From an uncultured virus (IMG/VR IMGVR_UViG_3300032220_001209) (taxonomy: Duplodnaviria > Heunggongvirae > Uroviricota > Caudoviricetes): 64,000 nucleotides of DNA. The stretch is from the IMG/VR virus record IMGVR_UViG_3300032220_001209; one strand, given 5' to 3'. The translations under genes and the position numbers were made by a program. The first letter of the stretch is position 1; each line of letters begins with the position of its first letter. The notes under the pieces are model-generated. The model was not told the DNA's origin, did no database searches, and saw only the letters and a list, made by a program, of their open reading frames with translations. Below, in pieces: positions 1 to 10,244 of the stretch.

Positions 1-1
1 A

Positions 2-127
2 GTGAATGACTCATATGTGGAACTTAGAGCCACTGCAGCACAAGGCGCTGACAGCACCATATACTATGGTTCCAAATGCATATTTCAAGCCACCTATTTT
101 GAAACTTTGAATCCTATCACACGCTGA
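2..127 (+). CDS. 3' end of a probable structural protein (partial)
   Basis: Open frame VNDSYVELRATAAQGADSTI...NPITR* running in from the window edge, upstream of structural genes. Confidence 0.6.
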   Translation: MNDSYVELRATAAQGADSTIYYGSKCIFQATYFETLNPITR

Positions 128-171
128 AATACCAGCTGGCCTTAGATAAATACACTAAAAATTAGACATTT

Positions 172-885
172 ATGCCAGTAGTCAATAATCCATTTAAATC
201 GTTGTATGGCTTTCAAAGCCCTTCATTCAGTGTGAATGCTGCCGGCAATCTTGTGGCCAATAATATTGTAGTCAATAACATCACAGCCAATGATATCACT
301 GCTGCAGGTATTAGCACCTTGACAGATTTAGTGGTCACTGACACCACTGAATTACAAGGTACTTTTGCATTGGATGGTGCTGCAGTGTTCAATGACACTG
401 TGAACATCACTGATACCAGTGCTGCTGATTCACTGATTTCTGCTGCTCTAGTTGTGTCAGGAGGAGTGTCTATTCAAAACAATTTACGAGTCAACAACGA
501 CAGCATATTCAACAGCAATGTCAACATAGGTCAAAATTTATTAGTGCAGAACAACATTCAAACCAACAACTCATTGATCACCAACAGTATCACCAGTGTG
601 GACGATGGCAGCACTCTCAGCGATCTCACCATTGAACCTTTGGGTGATGTGATTTTTAAAACTGCCAGTCAAAGTGTGGAAGTGGGCAGAATAGATGCCA
701 CAGGTTCCAACTTGCCTGTGCAAAATACCATCATCAACAACACCACCATAGGATTGACTGTGGCCAGCACTGCTGCATTCATCAGCGGCACTGTGGTGAA
801 TACTCCCACTGCAGCAGCCAATATCACTAGAAAAGACTATGTGGATCGTACTGCTGTGGCTTTTGCTGTGGCCTTGGGAGCATAG
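172..885 (+). CDS. virion structural protein (tail/baseplate-associated)
   Basis: N/T/V-rich beta-type composition; C-terminal TRKDYVD...AVALG fibre-type motif; GATAAATA late motif at 145-152. Confidence 0.6.
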   Translation: MPVVNNPFKSLYGFQSPSFSVNAAGNLVANNIVVNNITANDITAAGISTLTDLVVTDTTELQGTFALDGAAVFNDTVNITDTSAADSLISAALVVSGGVSIQNNLRVNNDSIFNSNVNIGQNLLVQNNIQTNNSLITNSITSVDDGSTLSDLTIEPLGDVIFKTASQSVEVGRIDATGSNLPVQNTIINNTTIGLTVASTAAFISGTVVNTPTAAANITRKDYVDRTAVAFAVALGA

Positions 886-919
886 GTAAATACAATGTCT
901 AAACATAACTCTGTGAAAA

Positions 920-3900
920 ATGGCTAAAAAACAGTTAAAAAATTTTATATTTGAACCAGGCATCGGCAAAGATGATGGTTTATACACCAATGCTGCCGCA
1001 CTGGTTTTGGCCAACAAAGCATTTTTACAACAACAGGTTGTGGCGTTTATCAATTATAATATTGCCAACAGCATTGCACCTTATGTGGGATATACCTACG
1101 CTTCACAAAAATGTATCAGAGACGTGGGATATTTCATAGACGCAGTCACACACGATTTGCGATATGGCGGTAATGTTAAATCACGACAAGTGGCAGATTA
1201 TTTTTGGATAGACGGAGAACCTCAGATCCGAGGAGATGTCACACCTGAAACCACTGGTCAAGCATATCTGCGTGATATTATCAATCAATACATACTGACC
1301 AAGACTCCAGTGAGTCCTACCTACGGCAATACCACACCTCAGGTATTTCCAGCAGGTATTAGTACAGAAAGTGATGGACCCACTGCCAACACTGCATTAT
1401 GGAATATTTTCAGCACAGTTATTACCAATGGTCCCAGTGCAATGCCAGCCAAAGTTCCTGGAGTATCTTCCATCAGACTGTCAGGACAAATTGATGCATC
1501 ATCCATACTGTTGATTACCGATGTGGATTCAGGTAATATTCTTTACAGTTTTGCAGATCCAGCTAATTCGATTAGAGTCACTTACAAACAAGGACGCAGC
1601 AGCGGTGACGGCAATTTGTTAAGTGATTTAGATTTTCCCAGTTGGTGGCAGGTTAGTGATTCTATCACCACCATAGATTTGAGTGCAGACACCAGCACAC
1701 TCACAGCTTCAGCCAACATACAATTTTTTGTGGAAGAAGCCAGCACACAGATTAGACCTTGGGAGTTTGGCACAGATGCCATTGAACGTATGCGTGTGGC
1801 AGCACCACAGGCCATGTTGGATGCTGACTTTGAATATGGATTACAGCCAACCAAATGGCAAGCGTTGGGTACGTTGAGAATGTACCCTTCCACATATGAA
1901 ATACCCGGCAGTGATTTGACTGTTTTGAGTTGTACCACTGATGCATCAGTGAACACAGGATTTTTTGGAAGTTCATTCATCACAGTGCTCACGTCAGGAG
2001 TGCATGGATTCACCGTGGGTCAACCCATCACTGTGAAAGGATTGAACAACACAGTGAGTGGATTTGCTAGAGCAGAAGGATCTTTTTTGGTTTACAGCGT
2101 ACCTAGTTCTGTGAGTTTTACCTATTACGCCAGTGCCAAGGTGGGTACCACCAATGGAGAAAATTTATTGACTTCATTCATACAGATACGTCAGGCTCAA
2201 TTTTTCACAGGTGCTGCTATAGGTCAGCCCAGTTTTTCAGTATTCACCAACGGCACCACACTCAGCATAGTCACTGCATTATTGGCCACCACAGGAGCAA
2301 CCACATTTGTGTACATAGGATCAGCACCCACTGTGGGTTCCCCTGTGACAGGTCCTGCAGAAATTCCAGTGGGCACCAGTGTGTCAGGCACAGTGGGATC
2401 AGCTTCTGTGACCACCAATGTGTTATTGAACACTCTGGTCACTGACACTCTGATAAGTTTGACCAATTTGACAGGCATTCAGACCGGTATGGCTTTGGAT
2501 GTGGGTGGCACAGCTTCCACCATCAACACCATAGCGGGCAGTCAATTATCTTTGAGCAATCAATTGGGCACAGCATTCAAAGGCAGCAACAATACCAATA
2601 ATGCTGTGACAGGCACACTGGTGGCTCCAGCAGGAGTGGGAGCTCAGTTTGATGTGACTCGCAGTGCTGGAGTGTATACCTTGGTGCAAACTCCTGGAGC
2701 ATCACCCGCACCATACAATTATCAAAAAGGTGACAGATTAAAAATATTAGGTACTGCTTTGGGCGGAAGTACTCCTGCCAACGATGTGAATATTTTGATC
2801 ACTGCCACAGGTACAGGCAATGATATCGACTCATTCACATTCGCTGGCACTTCCATATTGGGTGGTGCTACCTATAGCAACGTGGGACACACCAGTTACA
2901 CCGGCAGCACAGGCAGTGGATTTCAAATCAATGTGACAAGAACAGGTGGCACTGGCACATATTCCATCAGTTTGATAGTTGCAGGATCTAATTACTTAGT
3001 GACTGAACAAGTTACATTTGCAGGCACTCTTTTTGGTGGCACATCACCAGCCAATGACATTGTGTTACAAATAGATTCTGTGGCTCCTGGAGGCGATGTA
3101 GTAACTTTCACACCAGTGGGCTCACCAGTGGGAGCTTCGGGAAACCAAACCTACAGCGGTACATCAGCTGCCAACGTGGCGCATCTAGGCAGTGGAGCAG
3201 AATTTAATATCACTAGAACCACAGGCACATATTCAGCCACCATCAACCAAGCAGGCACATTGTATGAAGAAGGCAACACAATCACAGTGTTGGGCACCAC
3301 TCTTGATGGAGCAACCACTGCCAACGATGCCACCATCACAGTGACTGGTATCACCGGTGGAGGTGTCATAGATACTATCTCTATCAGTGGTTTGGGTTAT
3401 GCAGGAGATTCCATCACTGTTTATCCCACCATGGCCATCAGCGAACCCATCACAGGCAACATACCTGCTGGCACTGCATTGAACGTGGGAGCCATTGCCA
3501 CTTTCCAAGTGGATTTTCAAGCTCCGCACGGATTGGTTCCAGGCACAACAATATTGAGTCAGGTCACTTCTCAACCCGCACCAGAACTGGCATCCACCTC
3601 AAGAACTTTTTCTGTGGGCAGTGGCACATGGGCAGTGGCTGGATCAGAAGGTATATTTGTGGCCATAAGAGCAGGATCCACAGCAACACAGCGTTCAACC
3701 AATGGACAAACTTGGGCAGCAGGCGGAGCATTGCCTTCATCGGTTTCATGGATTTCAATAGCAGCTGGTCAAGTGGGTGGCACAACTTATTGGGTGGCCA
3801 TCGCCAGTGGCAGCACTGATGCTGCTTGGTCAGTGAATGGTGGGGTCAGCTGGAGTATTGCCAGCACATTGATGCCCAGCAGTGCCAACTGGAGCAAGGT

Positions 3901-6900
3901 AACCTACGGAGACGGAAGATTTGTGGCTGTGTCCACTGGGGGCACTGCGGCAGCATACAGCACTGACGGTGGAGTTAACTGGGTATCCAGCACACTGCCC
4001 AGCAGCGGCACCTGGACTGGTGTGGCAGCAGGATTGATAGGAACTTCCACATATTTCGTGGCAGTGGCTTCAGGTGGCACTGCTGCTGCTTATTCACCAG
4101 ATGGTGGAGCCAACTGGATTGCCACAGGAGCATTGCCAGCTTCAGCCACATGGAGTGGAATTTCATACGGTAACAACAGGTTTGTGGCCATCAGCTCCGG
4201 CAGCACTAACGCAGCATTTTCCACCAACGGAACCACTTGGACACTGAGCACTCTGCCCAGCAGCAGCACATGGAATGAAATAATTTACGGCGATGATGTA
4301 TTTTTAATTGCTGCCACAGGTACCACTGATGCTCTCACTTCATTCACTGGTGAAACAGGATCATTCACTGCAAGAACTTTGGCCACATCATCCACATGGG
4401 ATTCATTAGCTTACAGTTATTATACAGGTCAAGGCTTTGGGAGATTTGTGTTGACAAATCAAAGCACCACTGCTTTGGAAATAAATTTAACTTCAGCCAA
4501 TCATCAATTGGGCACAGGTCCACACGTGGTATCTGCAGTGCCCAGCCGTTCAACTATAAGATTTGTGGCTAGAACCACAGGCATCGTGAACACCACCAAC
4601 AGTTCAGTCACAGGAGTGGTATATGCCAGACCAGATTCATTTTTCGTGCATAGACCATTTGATGGTGGAGTACAGTTGGGCACAGGAAATCCCAGTCATG
4701 GAGCACAGGCCATCAGACAGAGCAAGAAATATATCAGATATCAATCAGGCAAAGGCATCATGTACACCACTGGGGGATTATTTGCTCCCAGTTACAACTT
4801 GTCAGGAGCCACAGCTTCTGGCACAGCAGTGAACAGTCTCATTACTTTTGTGACAGATGACACAGACCACGGAGTGCAAGCAGGTGCTGTGGTAGAAACC
4901 ATAGGCTTTGTGAGTTTTGAATACAATGGTGAATTCACTGTGGAGAGTGTGATAGATGCACGCAGATTTACTGCCAGATCAGCAGTGGTACTCAGTACTA
5001 CCACAGCGCAGTTGGGCACTGATTGCAAAATGATTCTCAAACGTTGGCACGGAAGTTGTGTGCGTATTGGAGCTTTTGATGAACAGAATGGAATATTTTA
5101 TCAATATGATGGCAATGAAATGGCCGTGGTACGCCGAAGCAGCACCAATCAATTGACAGGCACTGTGGCCTGCAATGTGGACAGTAATGCTGTGCAAGGC
5201 ACAGGCACAAGATTCCAAGATCAATTGAAAGAAGGAGATAAAATTGTGATCAGAGGCATGAGTCACTTGGTCACTCAAATCACATCTCAGACTCAGATGT
5301 TTGTGACTCCAGACTGGCGAGGTGCCAACAATATCACAGGAGCCAGAGTGTGTATCACCGAAGAATTATACCTTCCACAAAGTCAATGGAATTTAGACAA
5401 ATTAGATGGCACAGGACCCAGCGGATATGACATATTACCATGGCGCATGCAGATGTTGGGCATGCAGTATTCATGGTATGCAGCAGGATTTATTGAATGG
5501 ATGCTGCGAGGTGCTGATGGTAAATTTGTGTTCTTACACAAGTTAAGAAACTCCAATACCAACACCGAAGCATACATGCGTACTGCCAATCTTCCTGTGA
5601 GATATGAAGTGGAAAATCGCACAGCAGTGAACAAACTGTACACCAGCATCAATGATTCAGTGACCACTGTAGAATTATATGATACCAGTAAATTTCCCAC
5701 CAACGGTGTGATCTATGTGGACAATGAAATGATATCTTACAATGGAAAATCAGGCAGGTCTTTGACAGGATGTACCAGAGCAGCCACGTTCCAATCATTC
5801 ACAGCAGGTATCAACAGATTATACACAGCTGGCGTGGCAGCATCACACACAGCAGGTACGGGAGTCACACTGATCAGTTGCACAGCCACTCCCACCATCA
5901 GTCACTGGGGATCGGCATTATTAACCGACGGATTATTTGATGAAGACCGAGGATACATTTTCAACTATGCTGCCACAGGATTGAGTGTGAGCACTGCCAA
6001 ACAAACAGCCTTCATGATCAGATTGGCTCCATCTGTTTCCAACGCATTAGTGGGAGATTTGGGTGAGCGAGATCTATTAAACAGAGCACAATTGCTGTTG
6101 AATGAAGTGGCAGTGACCACTGACACAGGCACAGGCACTGTGGTTGTAGAAGGAGTATTGAATCCAAGAAATTATCCAGCCAATCCTTCCAATATCACCT
6201 GGACTGGCTTGGCCAGCTCTGCTGCAGGAGGTCAACCCAGTTTTGCACAGATAGCTTTGGGAGGATCCATCAACTGGGGAGGAGTGCCTTCAACCACCAC
6301 CACTGCCACCATTCAAGGAGCACTGACCACCACTGTCACTGCCATAGGATTCACCACAGTCACACAGAATTTGACAGCCATTGCCAACACTTCATTTAGA
6401 ACAAGAGCATTTCAAACCACCAACAACGATTTCTTCATCACCAATGTGGCCTATGATGCACTCACCAGCACTCCTTTGAGAGTGGGAGATAGAATAGTGG
6501 TGGGCACTTATGTGACCGGTGGTCAGACCATATCCACCATCACTCGTGCTTATTTGGGATCTGTTTGGACTAGAATTGTGATGAGTTCAGTGGCCAATGC
6601 CAGCAGTCCTATAGGTGTCAACATTACTGCACCAATACAGAATAGTATCTCTGTGAACTACGCCAGTGCCTATGTGAACGGTAGAACAGACTTTTTAATC
6701 ACTGACACTGACGCAACCACATCCAATATCACATTGGGTGATGTGTTGAATGTGAGTACCTACGTGATCAGCAGTCAAACTATCTCCGGCATAACCTCTA
6801 CTTACGCCCGAGTGAATGGTGTGAATTACACCAGAATAGTGATGAGCTCAGCTGCCAATGCCACACAGGCAGTGAATACCAATACCAGTACCACTGTAAC

Positions 6901-7372
6901 TGCATCAGGCACTGGTGCTTCATACGCAGGTAACTTTATATTTTTTACACAGGCCACTTGGAACAACTCAGGTGCTGCCAATGGCACTAGAGTGGCCACT
7001 GCATTCACTCAATTTCCAGCCAACACTTCTGTGAGTGCTGTGAGCAATAGAAGATTAGGCACCACCACTGTGATCAGAGCCACATTCACACAAACTTTGA
7101 CCACTTCTGTGTCAGCAGCTGGCACAGTGACATTCCAGTTTGGTGATCCTCAATATGCACTGCCAGGTGAACAGGTATTTTCATTCTTGGTACAACCAGG
7201 TGCATTGAACGCATTGAGTTTGAGTGAATTGAAAGAATTGACCACCACTGCCATAGGTGGCAGAGGCACGTTCCCTAATGGTCCAGACGTGCTGGCCATC
7301 AATATCTACAAGATATCAGGTACTGCAGTGAGCGGATCTGTTATTTTACGTTGGGGTGAAGCTCAGGCGTAA
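920..7372 (+). CDS. giant tail-fibre/adhesin-like virion protein with internal repeats
   Basis: 2150 aa, T/G/S-rich; BNR-like S-x-D/N-G-G-x-x-W repeats and GTxLGGxTPAND repeats. Confidence 0.75.
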   Translation: MAKKQLKNFIFEPGIGKDDGLYTNAAALVLANKAFLQQQVVAFINYNIANSIAPYVGYTYASQKCIRDVGYFIDAVTHDLRYGGNVKSRQVADYFWIDGEPQIRGDVTPETTGQAYLRDIINQYILTKTPVSPTYGNTTPQVFPAGISTESDGPTANTALWNIFSTVITNGPSAMPAKVPGVSSIRLSGQIDASSILLITDVDSGNILYSFADPANSIRVTYKQGRSSGDGNLLSDLDFPSWWQVSDSITTIDLSADTSTLTASANIQFFVEEASTQIRPWEFGTDAIERMRVAAPQAMLDADFEYGLQPTKWQALGTLRMYPSTYEIPGSDLTVLSCTTDASVNTGFFGSSFITVLTSGVHGFTVGQPITVKGLNNTVSGFARAEGSFLVYSVPSSVSFTYYASAKVGTTNGENLLTSFIQIRQAQFFTGAAIGQPSFSVFTNGTTLSIVTALLATTGATTFVYIGSAPTVGSPVTGPAEIPVGTSVSGTVGSASVTTNVLLNTLVTDTLISLTNLTGIQTGMALDVGGTASTINTIAGSQLSLSNQLGTAFKGSNNTNNAVTGTLVAPAGVGAQFDVTRSAGVYTLVQTPGASPAPYNYQKGDRLKILGTALGGSTPANDVNILITATGTGNDIDSFTFAGTSILGGATYSNVGHTSYTGSTGSGFQINVTRTGGTGTYSISLIVAGSNYLVTEQVTFAGTLFGGTSPANDIVLQIDSVAPGGDVVTFTPVGSPVGASGNQTYSGTSAANVAHLGSGAEFNITRTTGTYSATINQAGTLYEEGNTITVLGTTLDGATTANDATITVTGITGGGVIDTISISGLGYAGDSITVYPTMAISEPITGNIPAGTALNVGAIATFQVDFQAPHGLVPGTTILSQVTSQPAPELASTSRTFSVGSGTWAVAGSEGIFVAIRAGSTATQRSTNGQTWAAGGALPSSVSWISIAAGQVGGTTYWVAIASGSTDAAWSVNGGVSWSIASTLMPSSANWSKVTYGDGRFVAVSTGGTAAAYSTDGGVNWVSSTLPSSGTWTGVAAGLIGTSTYFVAVASGGTAAAYSPDGGANWIATGALPASATWSGISYGNNRFVAISSGSTNAAFSTNGTTWTLSTLPSSSTWNEIIYGDDVFLIAATGTTDALTSFTGETGSFTARTLATSSTWDSLAYSYYTGQGFGRFVLTNQSTTALEINLTSANHQLGTGPHVVSAVPSRSTIRFVARTTGIVNTTNSSVTGVVYARPDSFFVHRPFDGGVQLGTGNPSHGAQAIRQSKKYIRYQSGKGIMYTTGGLFAPSYNLSGATASGTAVNSLITFVTDDTDHGVQAGAVVETIGFVSFEYNGEFTVESVIDARRFTARSAVVLSTTTAQLGTDCKMILKRWHGSCVRIGAFDEQNGIFYQYDGNEMAVVRRSSTNQLTGTVACNVDSNAVQGTGTRFQDQLKEGDKIVIRGMSHLVTQITSQTQMFVTPDWRGANNITGARVCITEELYLPQSQWNLDKLDGTGPSGYDILPWRMQMLGMQYSWYAAGFIEWMLRGADGKFVFLHKLRNSNTNTEAYMRTANLPVRYEVENRTAVNKLYTSINDSVTTVELYDTSKFPTNGVIYVDNEMISYNGKSGRSLTGCTRAATFQSFTAGINRLYTAGVAASHTAGTGVTLISCTATPTISHWGSALLTDGLFDEDRGYIFNYAATGLSVSTAKQTAFMIRLAPSVSNALVGDLGERDLLNRAQLLLNEVAVTTDTGTGTVVVEGVLNPRNYPANPSNITWTGLASSAAGGQPSFAQIALGGSINWGGVPSTTTTATIQGALTTTVTAIGFTTVTQNLTAIANTSFRTRAFQTTNNDFFITNVAYDALTSTPLRVGDRIVVGTYVTGGQTISTITRAYLGSVWTRIVMSSVANASSPIGVNITAPIQNSISVNYASAYVNGRTDFLITDTDATTSNITLGDVLNVSTYVISSQTISGITSTYARVNGVNYTRIVMSSAANATQAVNTNTSTTVTASGTGASYAGNFIFFTQATWNNSGAANGTRVATAFTQFPANTSVSAVSNRRLGTTTVIRATFTQTLTTSVSAAGTVTFQFGDPQYALPGEQVFSFLVQPGALNALSLSELKELTTTAIGGRGTFPNGPDVLAINIYKISGTAVSGSVILRWGEAQA
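3620..4460 (+). repeat. BNR/Asp-box-like beta-propeller repeats (coding)
   Basis: About six units of W..I.YG..RFVA..G.T.AA.S.(D/N)G..W...LPSS. Confidence 0.7.
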
Positions 7373-7751
7373 CAATCTTTTGACTGTCTCCAGGCACTAT
7401 TCTGTAATTGTCTTCCACGCTGTCTGCAGTGGAAACTTCTGTGATTGAACTGTTGTCCAACACTGCTTCTAATTGATGAGGTTGCAAAGGAGGATTTCTC
7501 CAAGTGTGTCCTTCCAGCAGTTCTTTTTGATAAATTTTACCATCTTTGGTGTCTATCCAACGCACCAAAAATTTTCCTGCATTCACAAACCAAGTTTCAT
7601 CTTTGATTTTGTGAAAATGCAATGAACATTTGTTGCCGGCTTTGGTGAACACCAGTATTTTTCCACAGTACTGATCATTGGTGGCCCATATCAATTCATA
7701 TCCCCACCCCTTGTCTATTTTGCCTTCAGATCTAGTTACAGTCATGTTCAA
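7341..7751 (-). CDS. cupin-domain protein (sugar-phosphate isomerase-like)
   Basis: KGWGYE, SLHFHKIKDETW and PHQL...EVST cupin metal motifs. Confidence 0.75.
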   Translation of the reverse strand: MNMTVTRSEGKIDKGWGYELIWATNDQYCGKILVFTKAGNKCSLHFHKIKDETWFVNAGKFLVRWIDTKDGKIYQKELLEGHTWRNPPLQPHQLEAVLDNSSITEVSTADSVEDNYRIVPGDSQKIVTPELHPNVK

Positions 7752-8550
7752 TGTATTCCTTTATGGTTTTGTATTGGATGTTCACATGAGTATTTAAAAG
7801 ACTATTGTTCGAACAGGTGTAACTTTGATATTGTGTTTTTAATTGATCTGGCATGGGTATCAATTGAATGTCAGCTTTGTATTTTTTGGCTATTAATTCT
7901 GCCACAGCAGCAAAACTCACAGGCATTCCTGTGCCCACATTAAAAATACCATTGATATTTTTGGTAAGCATTTGTTGATGTATTTCACAAACGTCTGTGA
8001 CACATACAAAATCTCTCTGATAATTTTCACTGTTTTCGAAAAGTTTAATTACTCCTGTTTGTTGAGCTTGTTGAATAAATTTTGAAATGGGAGATGCTTG
8101 GTTACCTTTGTGTTCTTCATGTGCTCCATATACATTGAAATATCTAAAACCTTGTACTGTAATTTTATATGTTTTGGATTCAACTGTTCTATCAAATAAA
8201 AACTTGCTCCAAGCATAAGCACTTTGTGGTGATTTTGCAGAATCTTCTTTAAAGTTTTTAGTATTACCATACACGCTGGCAGAACTAGCATATTGAAAAT
8301 TAATTTCTGATTTTTCACATGCTTGTAAAAGTTTTGTGCTGAAATCATAATTCATTAGCATTAATTTTTCCACATCGGTTTCAGTGGTGCTGCTGATAGC
8401 ACCCAAGTGTATCACTTGATCATACTTGGACACATCTGGAAACTCATTAGAAACATAATCATAACCTTCCACTGTGTGTCCTTTATGCACCAAATGTTTG
8501 AGCAGATTTTGACCGATAAATCCCTTGTGTCCTGTGATTAATATTTTCAT
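7732..8550 (-). CDS. hldD: ADP-L-glycero-D-manno-heptose 6-epimerase
   Basis: TGHKGFIG, HLGAISSTTE, YASSASVYG, YAWSK, RYFNVYGAHEEHKG; adjacent to hldE. Confidence 0.9.
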   Translation of the reverse strand: MKILITGHKGFIGQNLLKHLVHKGHTVEGYDYVSNEFPDVSKYDQVIHLGAISSTTETDVEKLMLMNYDFSTKLLQACEKSEINFQYASSASVYGNTKNFKEDSAKSPQSAYAWSKFLFDRTVESKTYKITVQGFRYFNVYGAHEEHKGNQASPISKFIQQAQQTGVIKLFENSENYQRDFVCVTDVCEIHQQMLTKNINGIFNVGTGMPVSFAAVAELIAKKYKADIQLIPMPDQLKTQYQSYTCSNNSLLNTHVNIQYKTIKEYIEHDCN

Positions 8551-9797
8551 GATTGTAATCTATCTATGATTTTTGTGGTGGAAAATCCTTCCACTGTGGG
8601 AAATATAATCACTTGTGCTAATTCATTGCCCACTGTGGTGGCCACTGTGTAGTCTCCACCTTTGACAATAATATCTGGTTTAATTTCTTCTATGACTTTT
8701 TGTGGAGTATCTTCGGAAAATATTATCACTTCGTCCACCCAAGGTAACATTTCCAATTGACGTTTTCTAATGTTGATATCATTTACTGGTCTGCCTTCAC
8801 CTTTTAATCTACGCACACTGTCATCATCATTGATGCCCACTATTAATTTTTTACCTTGATTTCTAGCAAATTTTAACAATTCCAAATGTCCTGTGTGTAG
8901 TATATCAAACACTCCGTTGGTCCATACCACTCCTTTGTTTAAATCTTCTTTAGTGACAGGTGCTACACCAAATTTTTCCACATTTCTTGCTGCTGCATAA
9001 CATGCCAATTCACAAGCACGTGGTACAGTCATGCCTCGTTTGATACCATACGCTATCACTGCCAACACAGTGTCTCCTGCTCCAGTGACATCTGCCACTT
9101 CTCTCACAGGTTCTTTCACATGTGAGTACGATCCTTCTTTGGAAACGATGTGAATACCTTTGGCTCCATCTGTGATCACCAGCCATTGCCAGCGGTGTGT
9201 TTGAGCAAATTTCACAGCTGAATCCACATCAAACTCACCATTCCAAGATTCATATTCTTTCATGTTGGGTTTTACTAAAAATGCTCCATCGTAATAGTCA
9301 GCACTTTGTTTGGGATCTACCAATACCCATTGAGTTTTTTCTAAAATACTTTTTACTGTGTGTGACTTGATAACTCCTTTGGCATAATCACTCACTAATA
9401 CCATGCTTTTTTCTGTGAGAGAAAATAATAATTGTGATAAACAACTGTCTTTGGTGTATTGTTTTTCTCTATCCCAACGCAGTATGTGTTGACCTCTTTG
9501 TTCAACCAATCTTATTTTTGTTGTGGTAATCACTGCATCTTCTGCTATGGATAAAAATATATTGCTGTTTTTTAATAAATTAACCAATCCATATCCATCT
9601 GTGTCTTTGCCCACTGCTCCATACAATTGTACATTATTGTAAATGGCAGCCACATTCACTGCTAAATTAGCAGCACCACCTGGAGAAACTTTTTGATTTT
9701 GTTCTAATAAAATAGGAATGGGTGCTTCAGGCGACATACGATCAGCAGTGCCCATGATCCAACGATCCAGCATTATATCACCGATTATTTTGATCAT
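8547..9797 (-). CDS. hldE: bifunctional heptose-7-phosphate kinase / heptose-1-phosphate adenylyltransferase
   Basis: GDIMLD..RMSPEAPIP, GGAANLA, DVTGAGDT (PfkB) fused to TNGVFDILHTGH..KGGDY; start trimmed to MIKIIG. Confidence 0.93.
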   Translation of the reverse strand: MIKIIGDIMLDRWIMGTADRMSPEAPIPILLEQNQKVSPGGAANLAVNVAAIYNNVQLYGAVGKDTDGYGLVNLLKNSNIFLSIAEDAVITTTKIRLVEQRGQHILRWDREKQYTKDSCLSQLLFSLTEKSMVLVSDYAKGVIKSHTVKSILEKTQWVLVDPKQSADYYDGAFLVKPNMKEYESWNGEFDVDSAVKFAQTHRWQWLVITDGAKGIHIVSKEGSYSHVKEPVREVADVTGAGDTVLAVIAYGIKRGMTVPRACELACYAAARNVEKFGVAPVTKEDLNKGVVWTNGVFDILHTGHLELLKFARNQGKKLIVGINDDDSVRRLKGEGRPVNDINIRKRQLEMLPWVDEVIIFSEDTPQKVIEEIKPDIIVKGGDYTVATTVGNELAQVIIFPTVEGFSTTKIIDRLQS

Positions 9798-10231
9798 TAT
9801 AGAAATTTTAACATCTTGAAAACTGTTTCCAGTTTGATTTGATTGGTACGATTCTGCAGTGTGTTTCTCAATCCTTGATGCAGAGGTTTGGGCCATTTGC
9901 CAAACTGTACCCAAGCATATCCATCATGTTCCTCATTCAATTTGGGTAAGAATTCTTGCTTGACCACACACAAATAAGTGTGATATAAAAAATTTTCATC
10001 ATTGCTCACAAAAGTTTCCAAAGGTATGGTTTTCAATATATCCACATGACCCACTTCCTCGCTGATTTCTCTTTTGAGAGATTCCCATGGTGTTTCACTC
10101 TCGATATTAGTGCCGCCCACTAACCCCCACACATTGGATTGTTTGCTCTGTGTTCTGTGCAGAAATAAGAATCTTTTGGTTTGGAGATTATAGAACAAGG
10201 CTCCGCAGCCAATTATTTTCTTCATGCTCAT
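9797..10231 (-). CDS. NUDIX hydrolase
   Basis: GG...ETPWESLKREISEEVG Nudix box; EHDGYAW. Confidence 0.85.
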   Translation of the reverse strand: MSMKKIIGCGALFYNLQTKRFLFLHRTQSKQSNVWGLVGGTNIESETPWESLKREISEEVGHVDILKTIPLETFVSNDENFLYHTYLCVVKQEFLPKLNEEHDGYAWVQFGKWPKPLHQGLRNTLQNRTNQIKLETVFKMLKFL

Positions 10232-10244
10232 ACTGATAATTATG

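Noticed and set aside
3620..4460. CRISPR array or DGR repeats
   Set aside because: The repeats are degenerate at DNA level and conserved at protein level; no identical spaced repeats or reverse transcriptase seen
7341..9797. Bacterial LPS locus or host contamination
   Set aside because: The genes overlap phage genes and share their codon style
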